Positions 25,533 to 39,218 are shown, counted from the stretch's first letter. The stretch: DNA of 64,000 nt from Octopus vulgaris (GCA_951406725.2 OX597817.1:58776001-58840000); one strand, 5' to 3'. Numbers and translations: made by a program. The notes: generated by a model not told the origin, from the sequence alone.

Positions 25533-28163
25533 TTCCTTATCATAATGGCACTTCTTATTCTATTTGATTCTGTGAACAATTGCAATGATGAAGCAATTTT
25601 GTTCCATATTTTTCTGCTTGAATCTTGTTATTATCAGTTTGTTTCTTTAAAATAAGAAACATTTTTCCCTTTTTTTTTTGTGTCTGTGTCTTTTATATTT
25701 TTAAATAGTTCCTACTTTAAATAACATCTTATTCTTTATTCAACACCATACAGAATCACCATCATCAAAACAGCACACCATATTATTATTCGCCGGCATC
25801 ACAGTCATCATCCGCATCATTATTGTTGTCACCATCAGCATCAACAACAACAACATTTTATTGATGTTGTCCATCTATCATGTTTCCTAGGCAACAAAAC
25901 TTGTATTGCACCATATTGCAGTGTCAGTGCACTTTGAGCAATAGCAGTGCTATTGTACTCCATAATACATCACTCAACACCATCATCATCACCACCATCA
26001 TCATCATCATCACCACCATCTATATCATTTTACAACTGCTTTTTTATCAACATCATCACTATTTAATGTCCGTTTCCCATGCTGACATGGGTCAGGTGGT
26101 TTGGCAGGAGCCAACACACCAAAGGACTGCACCAAGCTCTACTGTTAGCTTTCGCATGGTTTCTACAGATGGATGCTCTCCCTAATGCCAACCAATTCAC
26201 AGTGTGAACTGGGTGCCCTTTATGAGGCACTGCTGCCAATGCCTTGTAAAACGCACCCAAGTACTCACAAGATGAGACACCCTTCAACTGAGATGGAGAT
26301 GGTTTATGCCATGTAATGAGGGGTTAAAGTATGACAGATGGGAAGAAACAGGTGTCTTGCAGTGGAAGAGATCCACCGTTACCTCAGTTAGAAAAGGGAG
26401 AAGATGGTGAAGAGGTGCACTCTCAATCCACAGGGAGATGTGGCAGAAGAGGAGTAGTCGAGAAGATTGGGCAGAGTAAAGGGAGACACCAAGGAAGAAC
26501 ATCAACATCATCATCATCATCGTTTAACATCCGTTTTCCCTGTACTTCACTGAAATTTAATTTAGCAACCTTGAAAGGATGAAAGGAAAACTTAAACCCA
26601 GTGGAATTTGCACTCAGAATGTTGAAATACTGCGAAGCATTTTGTCCTGTATGCTAACCATTCTGCTGGTTCACCACCTTCACCATCATCGTTTAACGTC
26701 CGTTTTCCATACTGGCATGGGTTGGACGGTTTGACTGGGGATTGGCAAGCCAGGAGGCTGCACCAGGCACCAGTTTGATTTGGCAATGTTTCTACAGCTG
26801 GATGCCCTTCCTAATGCCAAGCACTCCGAGAGTGTAGTGGGTGGTTTTTACCACCAGCACAGGAGCCGGTCAGACAGCACTGGCAACCACCCACACATGA
26901 ATTGTGCTTATTGCATATCACCAGCATGGTTCCTGTGCTGGTGGCACGCAATAAGTACCTGGAAAAAAATTTTATACACTTTCACTAATTTCAGTCACGT
27001 GACTGTAGCCATGCTGCAGCACTTCCTTTAAAGACTTCTTTGATCAATCAAACTGACCCCAGAACTTATTATAAGTGTGGTGATAATTCTGTCAGTTTCT
27101 TTTTGTAAAAACACTAAGTTATGGGGGATGTTATCAAACCAACACTGGTTATCAAGCAATAAGAGACTAACACAAAGATGCAGACATGAAGGGCTTCCAG
27201 AGTCTCCATTAACCAAATTCACTTTCACGTCATTGGTTGGCCCAGAGCTAATGCAGAAGACACTTAGCCAAGGGGCCACACAGTGAAATTGAACTCAAAG
27301 TCACACAATTGTGAAGCAAAATTCTCAACCACACAACCGCACACACACACACAAGTGCACACACATATGATGGGCTTCTTTCAGTTTCCATTCACCAAAT
27401 CCATTTCCAATGCTTTAGTTGTCCAGGGGCTATAGTAGAAGACACTTGCCCAAGGTGCCATGCAACGGAATTGAACTTGAAACCATGTAGTTGGGAAGCA
27501 AGTATCTTTATAGAAAAATAATCAAAGACAACCAACTGGTTCCTCTAATTCAAATTAACAGTCCATAACAAATACGCAGCTTTACCCAACACCGCCAGCA
27601 CTTAACGAGACAGATTATGGAAAGTTTGTCAAGCCAGAGAAAACTCATCAATGTCATTAGATAACATTATAATTCACTTCAGTTGTTGCCATGTTAATTC
27701 AAGTGGAATAAAACTTCCCAGGCCAACACTTATATTGGTGTTGACTAATAACCATCCATCTGATACCCGGGAGAGCGGTAGAATGGTACACAATATTTTA
27801 TCTTCACCATCACCCCCGCCTCACCATCATATAGCTTTCTTGTGTTGTGTATATATCAGAGTAAATTAATGTTTATTTAGATATTTATCATCGTTCCATT
27901 ACTCCAGTTCATGGCCCATGTACTTTACTTTCATAACTACATCTGTTCCACTCTCACTCTCAAAGCTAAGTCATTTGTTTATATTATATTACAGAATTTA
28001 ACACTTCAGCAAATAAATAAATATACAGAGAGAGATGGTCGTTTTTTGTTTCTTTTTTGGAGGTTTTTTTTTTCTCTTTTCTTTGCAAGAAATTTTGCTT
28101 TTATGCAAATTTTCTACTTATAAAGTGACAAATTATAATATTGAGAAATTTATGACTGTATAT

Positions 28164-28457
28164 TTCATTTTGGGATTTGGTTTGCAAGATTCTTTATGTG
28201 AGCTCATGTGTTGAAGCATATTCTGTTGTGTATGGGGAGAGTCATTTTCTTTTTGTGCCTTATTATGTAACACACACACCGGTAAAATTTCCACTTATTC
28301 CTTATTTTTATTTTCCTAAAATTTCCGTTGCATCATGCAACCTTTTCAATAGCCTTGACTTTGTCCGTTATTATAATAAGTGGAAATTTTACCGGTGCGT
28401 GTGTTACATTATAAGGCACAAAAAGAAAATGACTCGCTCCAGACACAACAGAATATG
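28164..28457. mobile_element. Fold-back insertion with 83-bp inverted arms and candidate 13-bp TSD
   Basis: Arms at 28217-28299 and 28375-28457; TATGACTGTATAT at 28151-28163 and 28454-28466. Confidence 0.75.
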
Positions 28458-28869
28458 ACTGTATATCTTTCTGGAAATATTCCTTCATTATTTTTCAGCA
28501 GACTTTAAATCTGAAGACGATGGTCAACTGTCTAATGTGTCATAGTTGGTTGATAGATGTTGAGTTTCTACCTTGCCCTAAATAAATTGTTAAGATAGCA
28601 AAGATATTTGATAAAATAAAATGAGTAAATATTTTTTCTCAGACAATTTTTCTGTCAATTTTTTTTTCTATCTTGTATGATGGACATACCTTTCATCTAT
28701 ATTGTAATGAAGAAGGCTGATTAAATGTACTTGTAGGAAGAATATAGCTTTTACAAAAAGAGAGCAATTATTAGTCTACATTGTCCAGAAAATTTTGATT
28801 TTATTATATTTTTATCAAAATATGGTTTGCCTGTTTCTTTTATTATTGAAGCTATCAACAAACATGAGG

Positions 28870-29420
28870 AGAAAAGAAGAGACAAGTGGGTTGGGAATAA
28901 CAGCCTGGCAGTGAGATAGGGGCAAGAGTATGTCTGGGAGTGAGCTGATGCTAATCTGTTGTGTGACCCTTATTTGGATGCAACCTAGGATGCCTGGGTG
29001 TGCAGCAGCACCATTCTAGATGTGACAGCAATACTTCATTGCAGGCCTAACCTGAGCTTTGTAAGGTGACCAGTAACTGTTGGGGGTTAAGTTATCTTCT
29101 CCTCTGGAAAAGAAGGACTCGTCATTGAGAAACAGTCATGGTTATGTTAACCTTTCCGTTACCAACCCGACTGAAACCAGCTCTGGCTCTTTAGTACAAA
29201 TGTCTGGTTTTCATTAGTGTTGAATTAAAATCTTCCACCAAACCTTAGTCACAATTTATGTTCCTGACACTAACTGAATGATAACTAAGTTATTTTACTA
29301 AATTCTTTGTTATATTTAAAGTAATTGAAAGAAACACACAGCATCGCAAAATAAATACAATAATGAAAGGGTTAAGGCTAAGTTTTCACAAGGAGAGGTT
29401 TTTGCCGATTTTTGGAGGCC
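28870..29420 (-). pseudogene. Decayed Jockey/L2-group LINE C-terminal fragment
   Basis: YKAQVRPAMKYCCHI*..IQ..LPLSH resembles LYKAQ.RP.MEYC.H.W..LQPLSHRR; split by a MITE. Confidence 0.7.
29151..29371. mobile_element. piggyBac-like MITE
   Basis: TTAA on both sides; imperfect TIRs CCTTTCCGTTA / TAATGAAAGGG. Confidence 0.8.
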
Positions 29421-30053
29421 CAACATTTGGAAGCAGTGTGACGGGTCTAGCAGCATGTTGCTCATGATATATAAAGAAGTTGGTTATGAATAGCAGCAGA
29501 AACCATAGCACTACCCCCACATATATATATATCTCATGGCACATTCCTGCCAAAAACTATCTTTTATCTTTTACTTGTTTCACTCATTGAACTGCAGGCC
29601 ATACTGGAGCACAACCTTGAAAGGTTTTAGTCAAAGGAATCGACCCCAGTATTCTTTTCTTTTTTTGTCTGGTATTTGTTTTCTTTGACTAAACTGTTAA
29701 GTTACAGGGACATAAATAAACCAACACCAGTCATCAAGTGACATGGAGGAGGTGACAAATACGAACATACATATACAAACATACATATAATGATCTTCCA
29801 CACAGTAGCAGGAAGATACTGGCCCAAGATGCCACACAACAGAATTGAACCTGAAGCCACATGGTAGCAAAGCAAACTTCTTAACCATACAACCAATTTT
29901 AAAAATTTATGACCAAAGGTGCAGCTTCCCAACCACATGGTTCCAGGTTCAGTCCCACTGCATGGCACCTTGGGCAAGTGTCTTTTTCTATAGCCTTAGG
30001 CTGACCAAAGCCTTATGAGAGGATTTGGTAGGCGGAAACTGAAAGAAGCCCAT

Positions 30054-30086
<33 letters not shown>

Positions 30087-31442
30087 CCCCTAACACTGCT
30101 TGGTATGTTTACATCCCTGGAACTTAGCAGTCCAGCAAAAGATACTGACAGAATAGGTAAAAACAAAAAATACATACTGAGTTGAATAAAGAGATTTATC
30201 TAAAGGAGGGAGATTTGGCTGTTATTTCTAGTAGCATACACAATTCGACTGACTCATGATTCACAACCCTGACTCATTGAAAATAGGAGGGGTGGGGCAG
30301 TTAGCCCTGATTGCTCATGCACACTAAAAATAAAATAAAATGGTGCCACTGGTTGGGTCATCGTTTTGGTATTCCAGTCAGAAAAGCAGTGAAGTCCCAC
30401 CCCAAGGCAGCTTATTCCTGCTCTGGTGATTAGAGCAGGGCAGTTCTTTCGAAGCCGTGCACTGGTAAAAGTCAAACTTTGACATTATCACAACCTCCAC
30501 ACAATTGAAATGCTATGAAGTACCAACAAAACCAAGCAATAATCAGGCTAGTATAGCAATAGCCATCCTAATGGTAATGGTGGTGGTGGTGGTGGTGACA
30601 GTGGCAATGGCAGCGGTGGTACTGGTGGTGGTGGTGGCAGTAGGTGTAGAAATAATGATGTTGGTGGTGATTTTAAAGGCTATTATAGGAAATATTTATG
30701 TCAACATCAAATCTGACGCCAGTTCCAATTAAAAGTTCTTGTAGTTGGTCCACCCATCACAGTTAACAACACTCAATGGCCCTCATATAACACTGTTTGC
30801 CTGACATATTTCACTGCTAAGTCTGGACCTAATTTTAAAATCTGTCACACACAGAATATATTTTATGTCCACTCATATTTATAATTCCCATATTTTGCTT
30901 AAAACTACGACAGATTTTCACATTCAAAGCAGAGATTCTTTGCAAATATTTTAAATTCTTCTATTATTGTTTAGCTTCAGAAGATTCCCCAGTCTCCTAT
31001 CATAAGATGAGAACTGATTTATTCCCATCAACTTTCCAATAAAATTACCTCATTCTTTATGATGTTTCATGGTTTTAAAAATTTCATTCAATAAATCTAC
31101 TGGCAGATTTCGTCCTGTTTATACAGTGACTAATAAAATTATTTGCTGAAACCAAACAATTTTATGGCCAAATTTTATTAAGATAACATTAGTCACTGAG
31201 TTAATATTGTCTTTTCCTCACCACATATGTTTTTCTAATTAAATTTCCCATGGCTCACTACACTAAATATGTTTACACTAAGTAGTTTACATCATAAGAA
31301 TTTATATCTTGTGTGTACAGTTAAACGTTCGACTATTACTGCATGAGTAAGAGCTCCATGTTGATTATCGTTCTCCAGTCAGCTTCCAGTAGAGGGGTCA
31401 GGTGACTACTATACTTAGAAGTATTACTAGTTATAATTATTA

Positions 31443-31757
31443 TGGCACTCCATCGGTTACGACAATGAGGGTTCCAGTTGATCCAATCAATGGAACAGCC
31501 TGCTCATGAAATCAACATGCAAGTGGCTGAGCACTCCACAGTCACATGTACCTTCAAAGTAGTTCTCAGGGAGATTCAGCGTGACACAGAGTGTGACAAG
31601 GTTGGCCCCTATGAAATACAGGTACAACAGAAACAGGAAGAAAGAGTGAGAGAAAGTTGTGGTGAAAGAGTACAGCAGGGTTCGCAACCACTCCCTGCCA
31701 GAGCCTGGTGGAACTTTAGGTTTTTGCTCAATAAACACTCACAATGCCCGGTCTGGG
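31443..31757 (-). mobile_element. SINE family D variant with a purine-rich module shared with 43488-43781
   Basis: Family D block followed by GAAAGAGTGAGAGAAAGTTGTGG. Confidence 0.8.
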
Positions 31758-31866
31758 AAATGTATTATCTGAAACAGAATACCCGCATATCTATTAATCC
31801 CAAAAACTGAATTATATAAGTAACGTATGGTATAATTATAAACCAGAGAATGAAAAATGATGAACA

Positions 31867-31908
31867 ACCTCAATCGATTTTCAAACCTTATAGGTTCTCA
31901 TCAGAGGC
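31867..31908 (-). ncRNA. Minimal type I hammerhead motif with mutated cleavage nucleotide
   Basis: GCCT-CTGATGA-GAACC-TATAA-GGTTT-GAAA-ATCGATT-G-AGGT; palindromic AATCGATT stem III. Confidence 0.7.
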
Positions 31909-32950
31909 ATCCACATCATTCTGACAAGTCTCCAGAGAAACGATCAGCCAAACTGTTTACATACTCAACAAATGCAGTAGTTACTCTATGAAGGATCCCT
32001 AATTTGCATACCGAAAGTGTTTAATACTCTATAAATACCAGCAGCCTGTCAGCAGGGATCTTAGTCCACACAGTATCAAGGAATGATATGGAACTCAGCA
32101 TTATTGAATGTTCCAAATGCATTTGGATGCCTAATCACAATGGATCAACTAGAAAACACTTCATTGCATTCTATTACAGAGATTTAATATCTGAAGTCAG
32201 ACACACTGTGAAGTAATCCATAAATAACTGCAATAATTTATACTTATTGTGACGGGTTTTCTGAAAAGGCAAGAATTTTAAAGCTTCAAGAGAATGTGGA
32301 ATAATTCTTTTTAACTGTTGCCTGTAGAATAAAAACCCACATCTGTAAACACGACAGACAGGATGTAGTCTTCTGCTTTTTCTATCCAAGGTTTTTAAAT
32401 CCATTATCTACTCATAAATTATCATGGTTTTATCTACTTCAAAAACCTCAGATAAAAAACGCAAGATTATTTCAGGCACTGGAGTGCGATAAGAAGTTTG
32501 CTTCCCACCCCCGTGGTTCAGTCCCACTGCATGACACCTTGAGCATGTGTCTTCTACTATAGCCCCCAGCCAAGCAAAGCCTTGTGGGTGGATTTAGTAA
32601 ATGGAAACTCAAAGAAGCTAATCATATGCAGACATGTGTGTGTCTGTGTGTTTGCGTGTGTTTTGTCCTCACCCACCATTGCCTGACAACCAGTAATTCC
32701 CCATAACTTAGTGGTTTGGCAAAAGAGACCAAAACAATAAATACCAGACATAAAAAAATAATGTACTGGAGTTGATTCACTCAACTAAAATTCCACAGGG
32801 TAATGCCCCAGCATGGCCACAGTTTTAAGACTGAAACAAGTAAAAGATAAAAGATATCTCACAGAGTTTCTATATTCCATGACATAAACACCATACAAAT
32901 CTCGTTGGTAAGAATAAAGTTTCTAAAATGGATGCGGAAATTCAAAAGAT

Positions 32951-33016
32951 TGCTTTGGTCCAATGGTAGAACATCTGTCATGCTTACACAAGATGTAGGT
33001 TCAAGTCCCCCATCCA
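32951..33016 (+). pseudogene. tRNA-like relic or isolated SINE head
   Basis: A-box TGGTCCAATGG, B-box GGTTCAAGTCC and CATCT/AGATG stem; no complete cloverleaf. Confidence 0.45.
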
Positions 33017-34924
33017 AAGGGTTTTTCCATCCAATATCTACATGCTATTGTTTATAGTTTTATCCACCACAAGTTCAACTGTTAACTCATGTTTAAACTG
33101 ATTTAACCATTTTTTCTCTTTTTTTTTTTTGTGCAGATGGCAACTCTGAGTAATTAACCTTGGAGATTTGTTTTTTAATAATCTCATTGGTGTTTCTGTG
33201 ATTTTAACCCATGTCATCTAATGAGAGGATGTCATTTTAGTTAATGTGAAATCTAATTATCAACACCTTACAAATGCCAAGACTAAAAAAATTTACAGGA
33301 AAATCACTTGAGATGCAATGCAAAGAAATTACTTGGTAGATGTCACTGAGAATCTCTGGTGAGTTCTTCATTACAATTAGAAGTACTTCTTACCTGTATG
33401 AGACATACAAAAACTAATACATTGCTTGGATGAGGACTGATTTGAGGTAGGACTATACAGCTAGATGCTCTCCCTGTTGCCAACCTTTAACCCATTTCTC
33501 AAGTGAAGGGATGTCTTTATTCCACAAGTCTTTGAAAGTCCAGAATAACAAGCAATGTCAATATCAGTATTGTTTCGCTTACATAGTCACAAATGAAACA
33601 CCAACACACACACACACACACAAGCAACAGGCTAAATACAGTTTCATCTACTTAATTCGCTCAAAAACTTTGGCTGATCTGGGGCAATAGCAAAAGACAC
33701 TTGCCCAAGGTTTCATGCAGTATGACTGAACTCCAGGATGACATGGTCAGGAAGCAAGCTTCTTACCTACTTATGCTACCAAATGCTGGAAAAGAGTTCA
33801 GAGACAGTGAAAAACATCTTTCTGTGTCAGCAAGAGATTGAAGAATTTACAGTACCCTTATCAAAGAACACCATGTCATTCTAGTACTTAAAAAAAAGCA
33901 TTAGATAATGGAGAGGGGGGCGTTATTCAATCTAACTAAAAGACCCTCCTGTTACCCTCAAGCTTCTCTTATTCTTCTGAGACACTTATTAACCATTTAC
34001 ACTTCCTAATTACGAAAAATGAAAACTTTCAAAAACTTTCTGCCAGCTTAATAACTGGATTAACTAATTTCCTGCTTTAAGTAATCTCTCGAGAACCTTC
34101 TCTTCTATTACTTCAACTGATGCCACACTTAATAGTTCCCCTGTAATCCTAGAAGCCTGACTATTTCAGCTATTCGCCACCCTCCCACCATTTGTCTATA
34201 TCTAAGAAAACAGTTTGTATCACAACAGAACATTCTAGATATCTATGTTTGTCTAAACCACCGCCCCCTCCAACTTGTAACTTCTCTCTCTAACATACAC
34301 ATGTTGCAAGACATGCACAGCTGCAGAGGTGAATGAAACCTTTAAATTAACAACTCCTCTCATCACAGCACAACTGGCCTAATTTATCCTACACTTAATT
34401 ACCAAATCATTAGGGCTTGGTACCCTTTTCAGGCAGCAGAGTAGAAAACCATGTTTACATACAAGCAACAGGCTTTCAACTTTTAAGAAGCTCACACTAA
34501 TGACAAACAGCTACCGCCTCACATCCTATTAATCTACCCTTTACCCAACACCCTATCTATAACATTATTAATATACCCCGTTTGCAAAGTCTATTAGTTT
34601 ATCTTGCATCTAATTCGCTATTATCTAAACTGTAACTCACACCCATACACTACATATATATGCTCCTCCTAGTCCATTCTATATCTAACCCCATTAACCC
34701 TAACCCTATATCAAACACCTTATAAGCAATGCTGAGTTACCATCAAGTAAATTAAGCATATACTTAGGTCACCAAGGAAAGTGGGGTGGGGGCATCACAG
34801 AAATGGTAAATGGCTTATAGCACAAAAGAAATCACTTTAAATTTGCTAAAGTAATATTCGAAGAGGTTTATATGGTTAGAAATATAATTTCTAAGTGTTC
34901 ATGGTGTCATAGTGAGATTGTTAA

Positions 34925-35260
34925 GGCACATGGCTAAGTGGTTAGAGCATCGAGCTTACGATTGTGAGGTTGTGAGTTCGAATCCATGAACAGGCTGCAT
35001 GTTGTGTTCTTGAGCAAGACACTTTATTTCACATTGCTCCAGTTCACACAGCAGTAGAAATGAGTTGCAACGTCACAGGTGCCAAGCTGTATCAGCCCCT
35101 TTGCCTTTCCCTTGGATAACATTAGTGGCATGGAAACGGGAGGCTGGTATGCATGGGCAACTGCTGGCCTTCCATAAAAAACAACCTTGCCTGGACTTGT
35201 ACCTCGGAAGGTAATTTTCTAGGTGCAATCCCATGGTCAGTCATGACTGAAGGGGGTCTC
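34925..35260 (+). mobile_element. SINE family E (head shared with family D, distinct tail)
   Basis: TGGCTAAGTGG and GAGTTCGAATCC boxes; reverse-complement copy at 46671-46990. Confidence 0.9.
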
Positions 35261-35629
35261 AGCAGTGAGGATCTGGTCAAAGAGTTGCAATTGAACACCA
35301 TATTGAACACTTGTTAATCCAGCCACAGCTTTAATTTTAAACACTTATTTTCTTTAATCTGTTAATTAAACAAGGCAGTTGTCACTGAAATATTAGATTC
35401 TTTTACTCTTTTACTTATTTCAGTCATTTGACAGCAGCCATGCTGGAGCACTGCCTTTAGTAGAACAAATTGACCCCAGGACTTATTCTTTGTAAGCCAA
35501 GTACTTACTCTATTGGTCTCTCTTGCCAACCTGCAAAGTTACGCTGAAGTAAACACACCAACATCGGTTGTCAAGCGATGGTGGGGAAACAAACACAGAC
35601 ACACAAATACATACATACATACATATATA

Positions 35630-35836
35630 TGACCTCGTGTGTACCGTTGGCGATTTTTTTTCCTCTGTCTTCCCTTCTCTGGATCTTTCCTTCTCCTATG
35701 TTTCTGACAAAGAGCTCTGCTCGAAACGTTAAACCCTCCTTCTTCCCTTCTTTCCTGAGCGTCCAATAATACTATATTTGTTCCACGTCCTCGCGTTGTT
35801 GTGTTTTTTTGTGTTTTCTTGTTTGGATTAACTTTA
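35630..35836 (+). mobile_element. Penelope-like pseudo-LTR
   Basis: Pyrimidine-rich ~200-bp insert in (TA)n carrying a hammerhead; shares TTCCTGAGCGT..TAATAC with 49778-49930. Confidence 0.75.
35700..35734 (+). ncRNA. Minimal type I hammerhead motif
   Basis: GTTT-CTGACAA-A-GAGC-TCT-GCTC-GAAA-CGTT-AAAC; core G8 changed to A at a CpG. Confidence 0.75.
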
Positions 35837-36099
35837 TATATATATATACGACAGGCTTCTTTCAGTTTCCATGTACCAGATCCACTCACAAGGCACTGGT
35901 CAGCCCAAAGCCATAGCAGAAGACACTTGCCCAAGGTGCCATGCAGTGGTACTGAACCATGTGGTCGGGAAGCAAGCTTCCTACTACACAGTCTCTCCTG
36001 CAGGGAAATTGTAAATCTTATATTAATTATGAAGGCAATAATAATAGCAGTATTGAAGATTGTGATGATATTGATGATTGTATTCATAATAATAATAAT

Positions 36100-36500
36100 A
36101 ATCTTTTCTACTCTAGGCACAAGGCCCGAAATTTTGGGGGAGGAGCCAGTCAATTGGATCGACCCTGGTATGCAAGTGGTGCTTAATTTATCAACTCCGA
36201 AAGGAAGAAAGGCAAAGTCGATTTCGGCGGAATTAGAACTCAGAATGTAAAGACAGACAAAATATCTATTTCTTTACTACCCATAAGTGGCTAAACACAG
36301 AGAGGACAAACAAGGACAGACAGATGGATTAAGTTGATTACATCGACCCCCAGTGCATAACTGGTACTTAATTTATCGACCCCGAAAGGATGAAAGGCAA
36401 AGTTGACCTCAGTGGAATTTGAACTCAGAACGTAACGGCAGACGAAATATGGCTACGCATTTCGCCTGGCATGCTAACGATTCTGCCAGCTCGCCACCTT
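36100..36500 (-). mobile_element. SINE family B nested in a B-related SINE
   Basis: Two successive GAAAGGCAAAGT..GAACTCAGAA blocks. Confidence 0.85.
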
Positions 36501-36639
36501 AATGATAATAAAAATAATAATAATAATATAATTATAAGATAAAAAATTTAATAGTGTTGGCTAGCCAGAAATATATTCCATTTGTTTATATTGAAATAAG
36601 CTCCTCCTCCTCTTCCCCCTTTCTTCTTCTTCTCCTTCA

Positions 36640-37035
36640 TAGCTTCCATTTTTGCATGTAGGTGCCAGGTGGAATTTGTTAAGGTGGATTTTTTTTTTTA
36701 CAGCTAGACACCATTCTTGGCACCAACCTTTCACCTGTTTCCAAGCTAAGCAATATTTCCCCCATGGCCAAAATATGTTTTCACAGAAGATTGGGAATGA
36801 AGGACACCGCTTGTATGACGGTGACACTCGTTTACAACTATCATGTCATAGACATGGCAAGGAGACAGTAACACACACACACACATATGATGGGCTTCTC
36901 TCAGTTTCCACCTACCAAATCGACTCACAAGGCTTTGGTCAGTCTGGGCTTATAGTAGAAGACATTTTCACAAGGTGTCACACAGTGGGACTGGACTCGG
37001 AACCATGAGGTTAGATTGCAAACTTTTTACCGCAC
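36640..37035 (-). mobile_element. Family A head + (CA)n + alternative RTE-type tail (family G)
   Basis: Tail shared with 38045, 40425, 42690, 43850 and 49510. Confidence 0.75.
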
Positions 37036-37275
37036 ACCTGGTTAGTGAGATATATATTCTAATCAATCACATGCTAAATCTCAACTGTTTTGGGAGGAGG
37101 GAGAAGATGGGGGGGGGGGGAGAATTTTAGGAAAGTCAACATCACATGGTTCCAGGTTCAGTCCCACTGCATAGAACCTTGGGCAGGTGTCTTCTACCAA
37201 AGCCTTGTGAGTCAATTTGGTAGACGGACACTGAAAGAAGCCTGTCGTATATATGTATATATAAGTGTGTGTGTG

Positions 37276-37324
<49 letters not shown>

Positions 37325-38235
37325 GTGTGTTTTTGTCCCCACCAACATTGCTTGACAACTGATGCTGGTGTGTTTACGTCCCCGTAACTTAGCAGTTCGG
37401 CAAACGAGAATAAGTACTAAGCTGACAAAGAAACGAGTAAAAGAACAAAAGAATAACACAGTTATCAAAACAAAAGTGAAACAAAACATTGAAAAAAATG
37501 ATTCTGACGTTCAAAATATGGTTGCTTATTCAAGGGAAGATGTTTTGAGGTGGTAGAGGAGGAAATAATGGGAGCTAGTTTAAACTGACATTTGCAGAAT
37601 GGTATTGTCATTGATTTTAAAGGAGTGCCATCTTCGACAATTGGTTGGAAACTAAATGAAATTTCCTCACATATCAAATGACAGCCAGATTCTTCCCCCC
37701 ACTTCTGAATTCATTTCCTTCCATTCCAGATTTCTGCACCTCAAGTAATTTATAGATTGTGCTTTTTCTTCTACTTCGATAATGATTTAGACAGCTCCTT
37801 ACAAGACCTGTCGTATCAATATATCTATTTACGGATTTTTTTCATTAGCTTGCCATTTCTGATCTCTCCCTCTGCCACACTCGCTCTCTCTCTCTCCTTC
37901 TTTCCACCTGATTTATCTATATTTCAGGAACTATTGAATAAGTTGTCAATTGTGCTGCCAGACATTCACTTCCCATCTGCTTTATAATTTTCTAATTAAT
38001 ATTAATTCCAGAATTGCTTCCCTTGCCAATCTTGATCAGAATCCATCATCATCATCATCATCATTTAACTTCCAGTTTTCCATGCTTGCACAGAACAGAT
38101 TTGCTGAGACAGATTTTCTATGGCTGGATGCCTTCCCTGTAGCCAACCCTCTTGTTTCACAATGACCAGACATGTTTTTCACGAAAGACTGAAAATGAAC
38201 AACACCACTTGTATGATAATGGTGCTTGTTTACAA

Positions 38236-38267
<32 letters not shown>

Positions 38268-38268
38268 G

Positions 38269-38299
<31 letters not shown>

Positions 38300-39057
38300 G
38301 CAGTTGTATACTGTCAACTTAATGTGACAGTCCCATGAAGGGAATTACACCACAGCTATTTGGCCCTAGGAAGCATCAATGCTTCCTGTCAGCCTTGACA
38401 CATTTCCTGTGTCCTTATGTTTACAAAGGGGAGACAAGCACCCCCATCCAGCTAAGCTTGGATGCAGGCTTAGGAAGGGCATCCAGGTGTAGAAACACTG
38501 CCAGATCAGACTGGAGCCTGGGGCAGCCTCCTGGCTTCCCAGACCCCAATCGAACCGTCCAACCCATGCCAGCATGGAAAACGGACGTTAAACGATGATG
38601 ATGATGATGACGATGACTACAATGACTATTACAAATAAAAATACTTTTCTTCTGCAGACAATATATAACATTCTTCAATTTGCAACAGTGAAAGAAAAGG
38701 GCTGACTTGAAGAGAGAGAGAGAGAGAAAGACCAAGAAACGAGAAGAGGGACGGAGAGAGAAAGAGAGAGTGAGGAGGAGGAAGAGGGGGAGGAGAGGGG
38801 GAGAAGGAAGAGGTGGGAAGGGAGGAGGAGAGAGGGAGGGTGTGTGAGAAGTATTTCCCACAGCAGCAGCAACAAGAGTGTGATAAGAGTTTCTTGCCAT
38901 GGAATCAAAGAAAAAAGAAAGAAAGACGGAGAAGTAGCAAATAATTAAAGCGTTGGCAGGAAATGAGTTGGAAGTTCTGTAGGCTGCTTCAGTTGTAACT
39001 CTTGATTTGGGTGGCGGCTCAGAAAAACCAACTCAGTCAGCAAATACTACTACATAC

Positions 39058-39104
<47 letters not shown>

Positions 39105-39167
39105 CACACATATATGATACAAACAACTGCTTACATATACACACTCACACATATATGTGTATCTATC

Positions 39168-39218
<51 letters not shown>

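Larger units (their letters stand above)
35398..35995 (-). mobile_element. CORE-like SINE family A split by a hammerhead-bearing element
   Basis: Tail at 35398-35625 and head at 35847-35995. Confidence 0.9.

Noticed and set aside
34695-34707. Interstitial telomere repeat
   Set aside because: Only two TAACCC units, which is expected by chance.
33900-34900. Possible ancient LINE with strand-biased composition
   Set aside because: I could not recover any diagnostic protein motif by eye.
35539-36250. Longest ORFs (204 aa and 149 aa)
   Set aside because: They run across SINE, pseudo-LTR and microsatellite sequence.
37465-37750. Coding-looking minus-strand stretch
   Set aside because: Adjacent segments are in different frames with stops, and there is no recognisable domain or splice pair.
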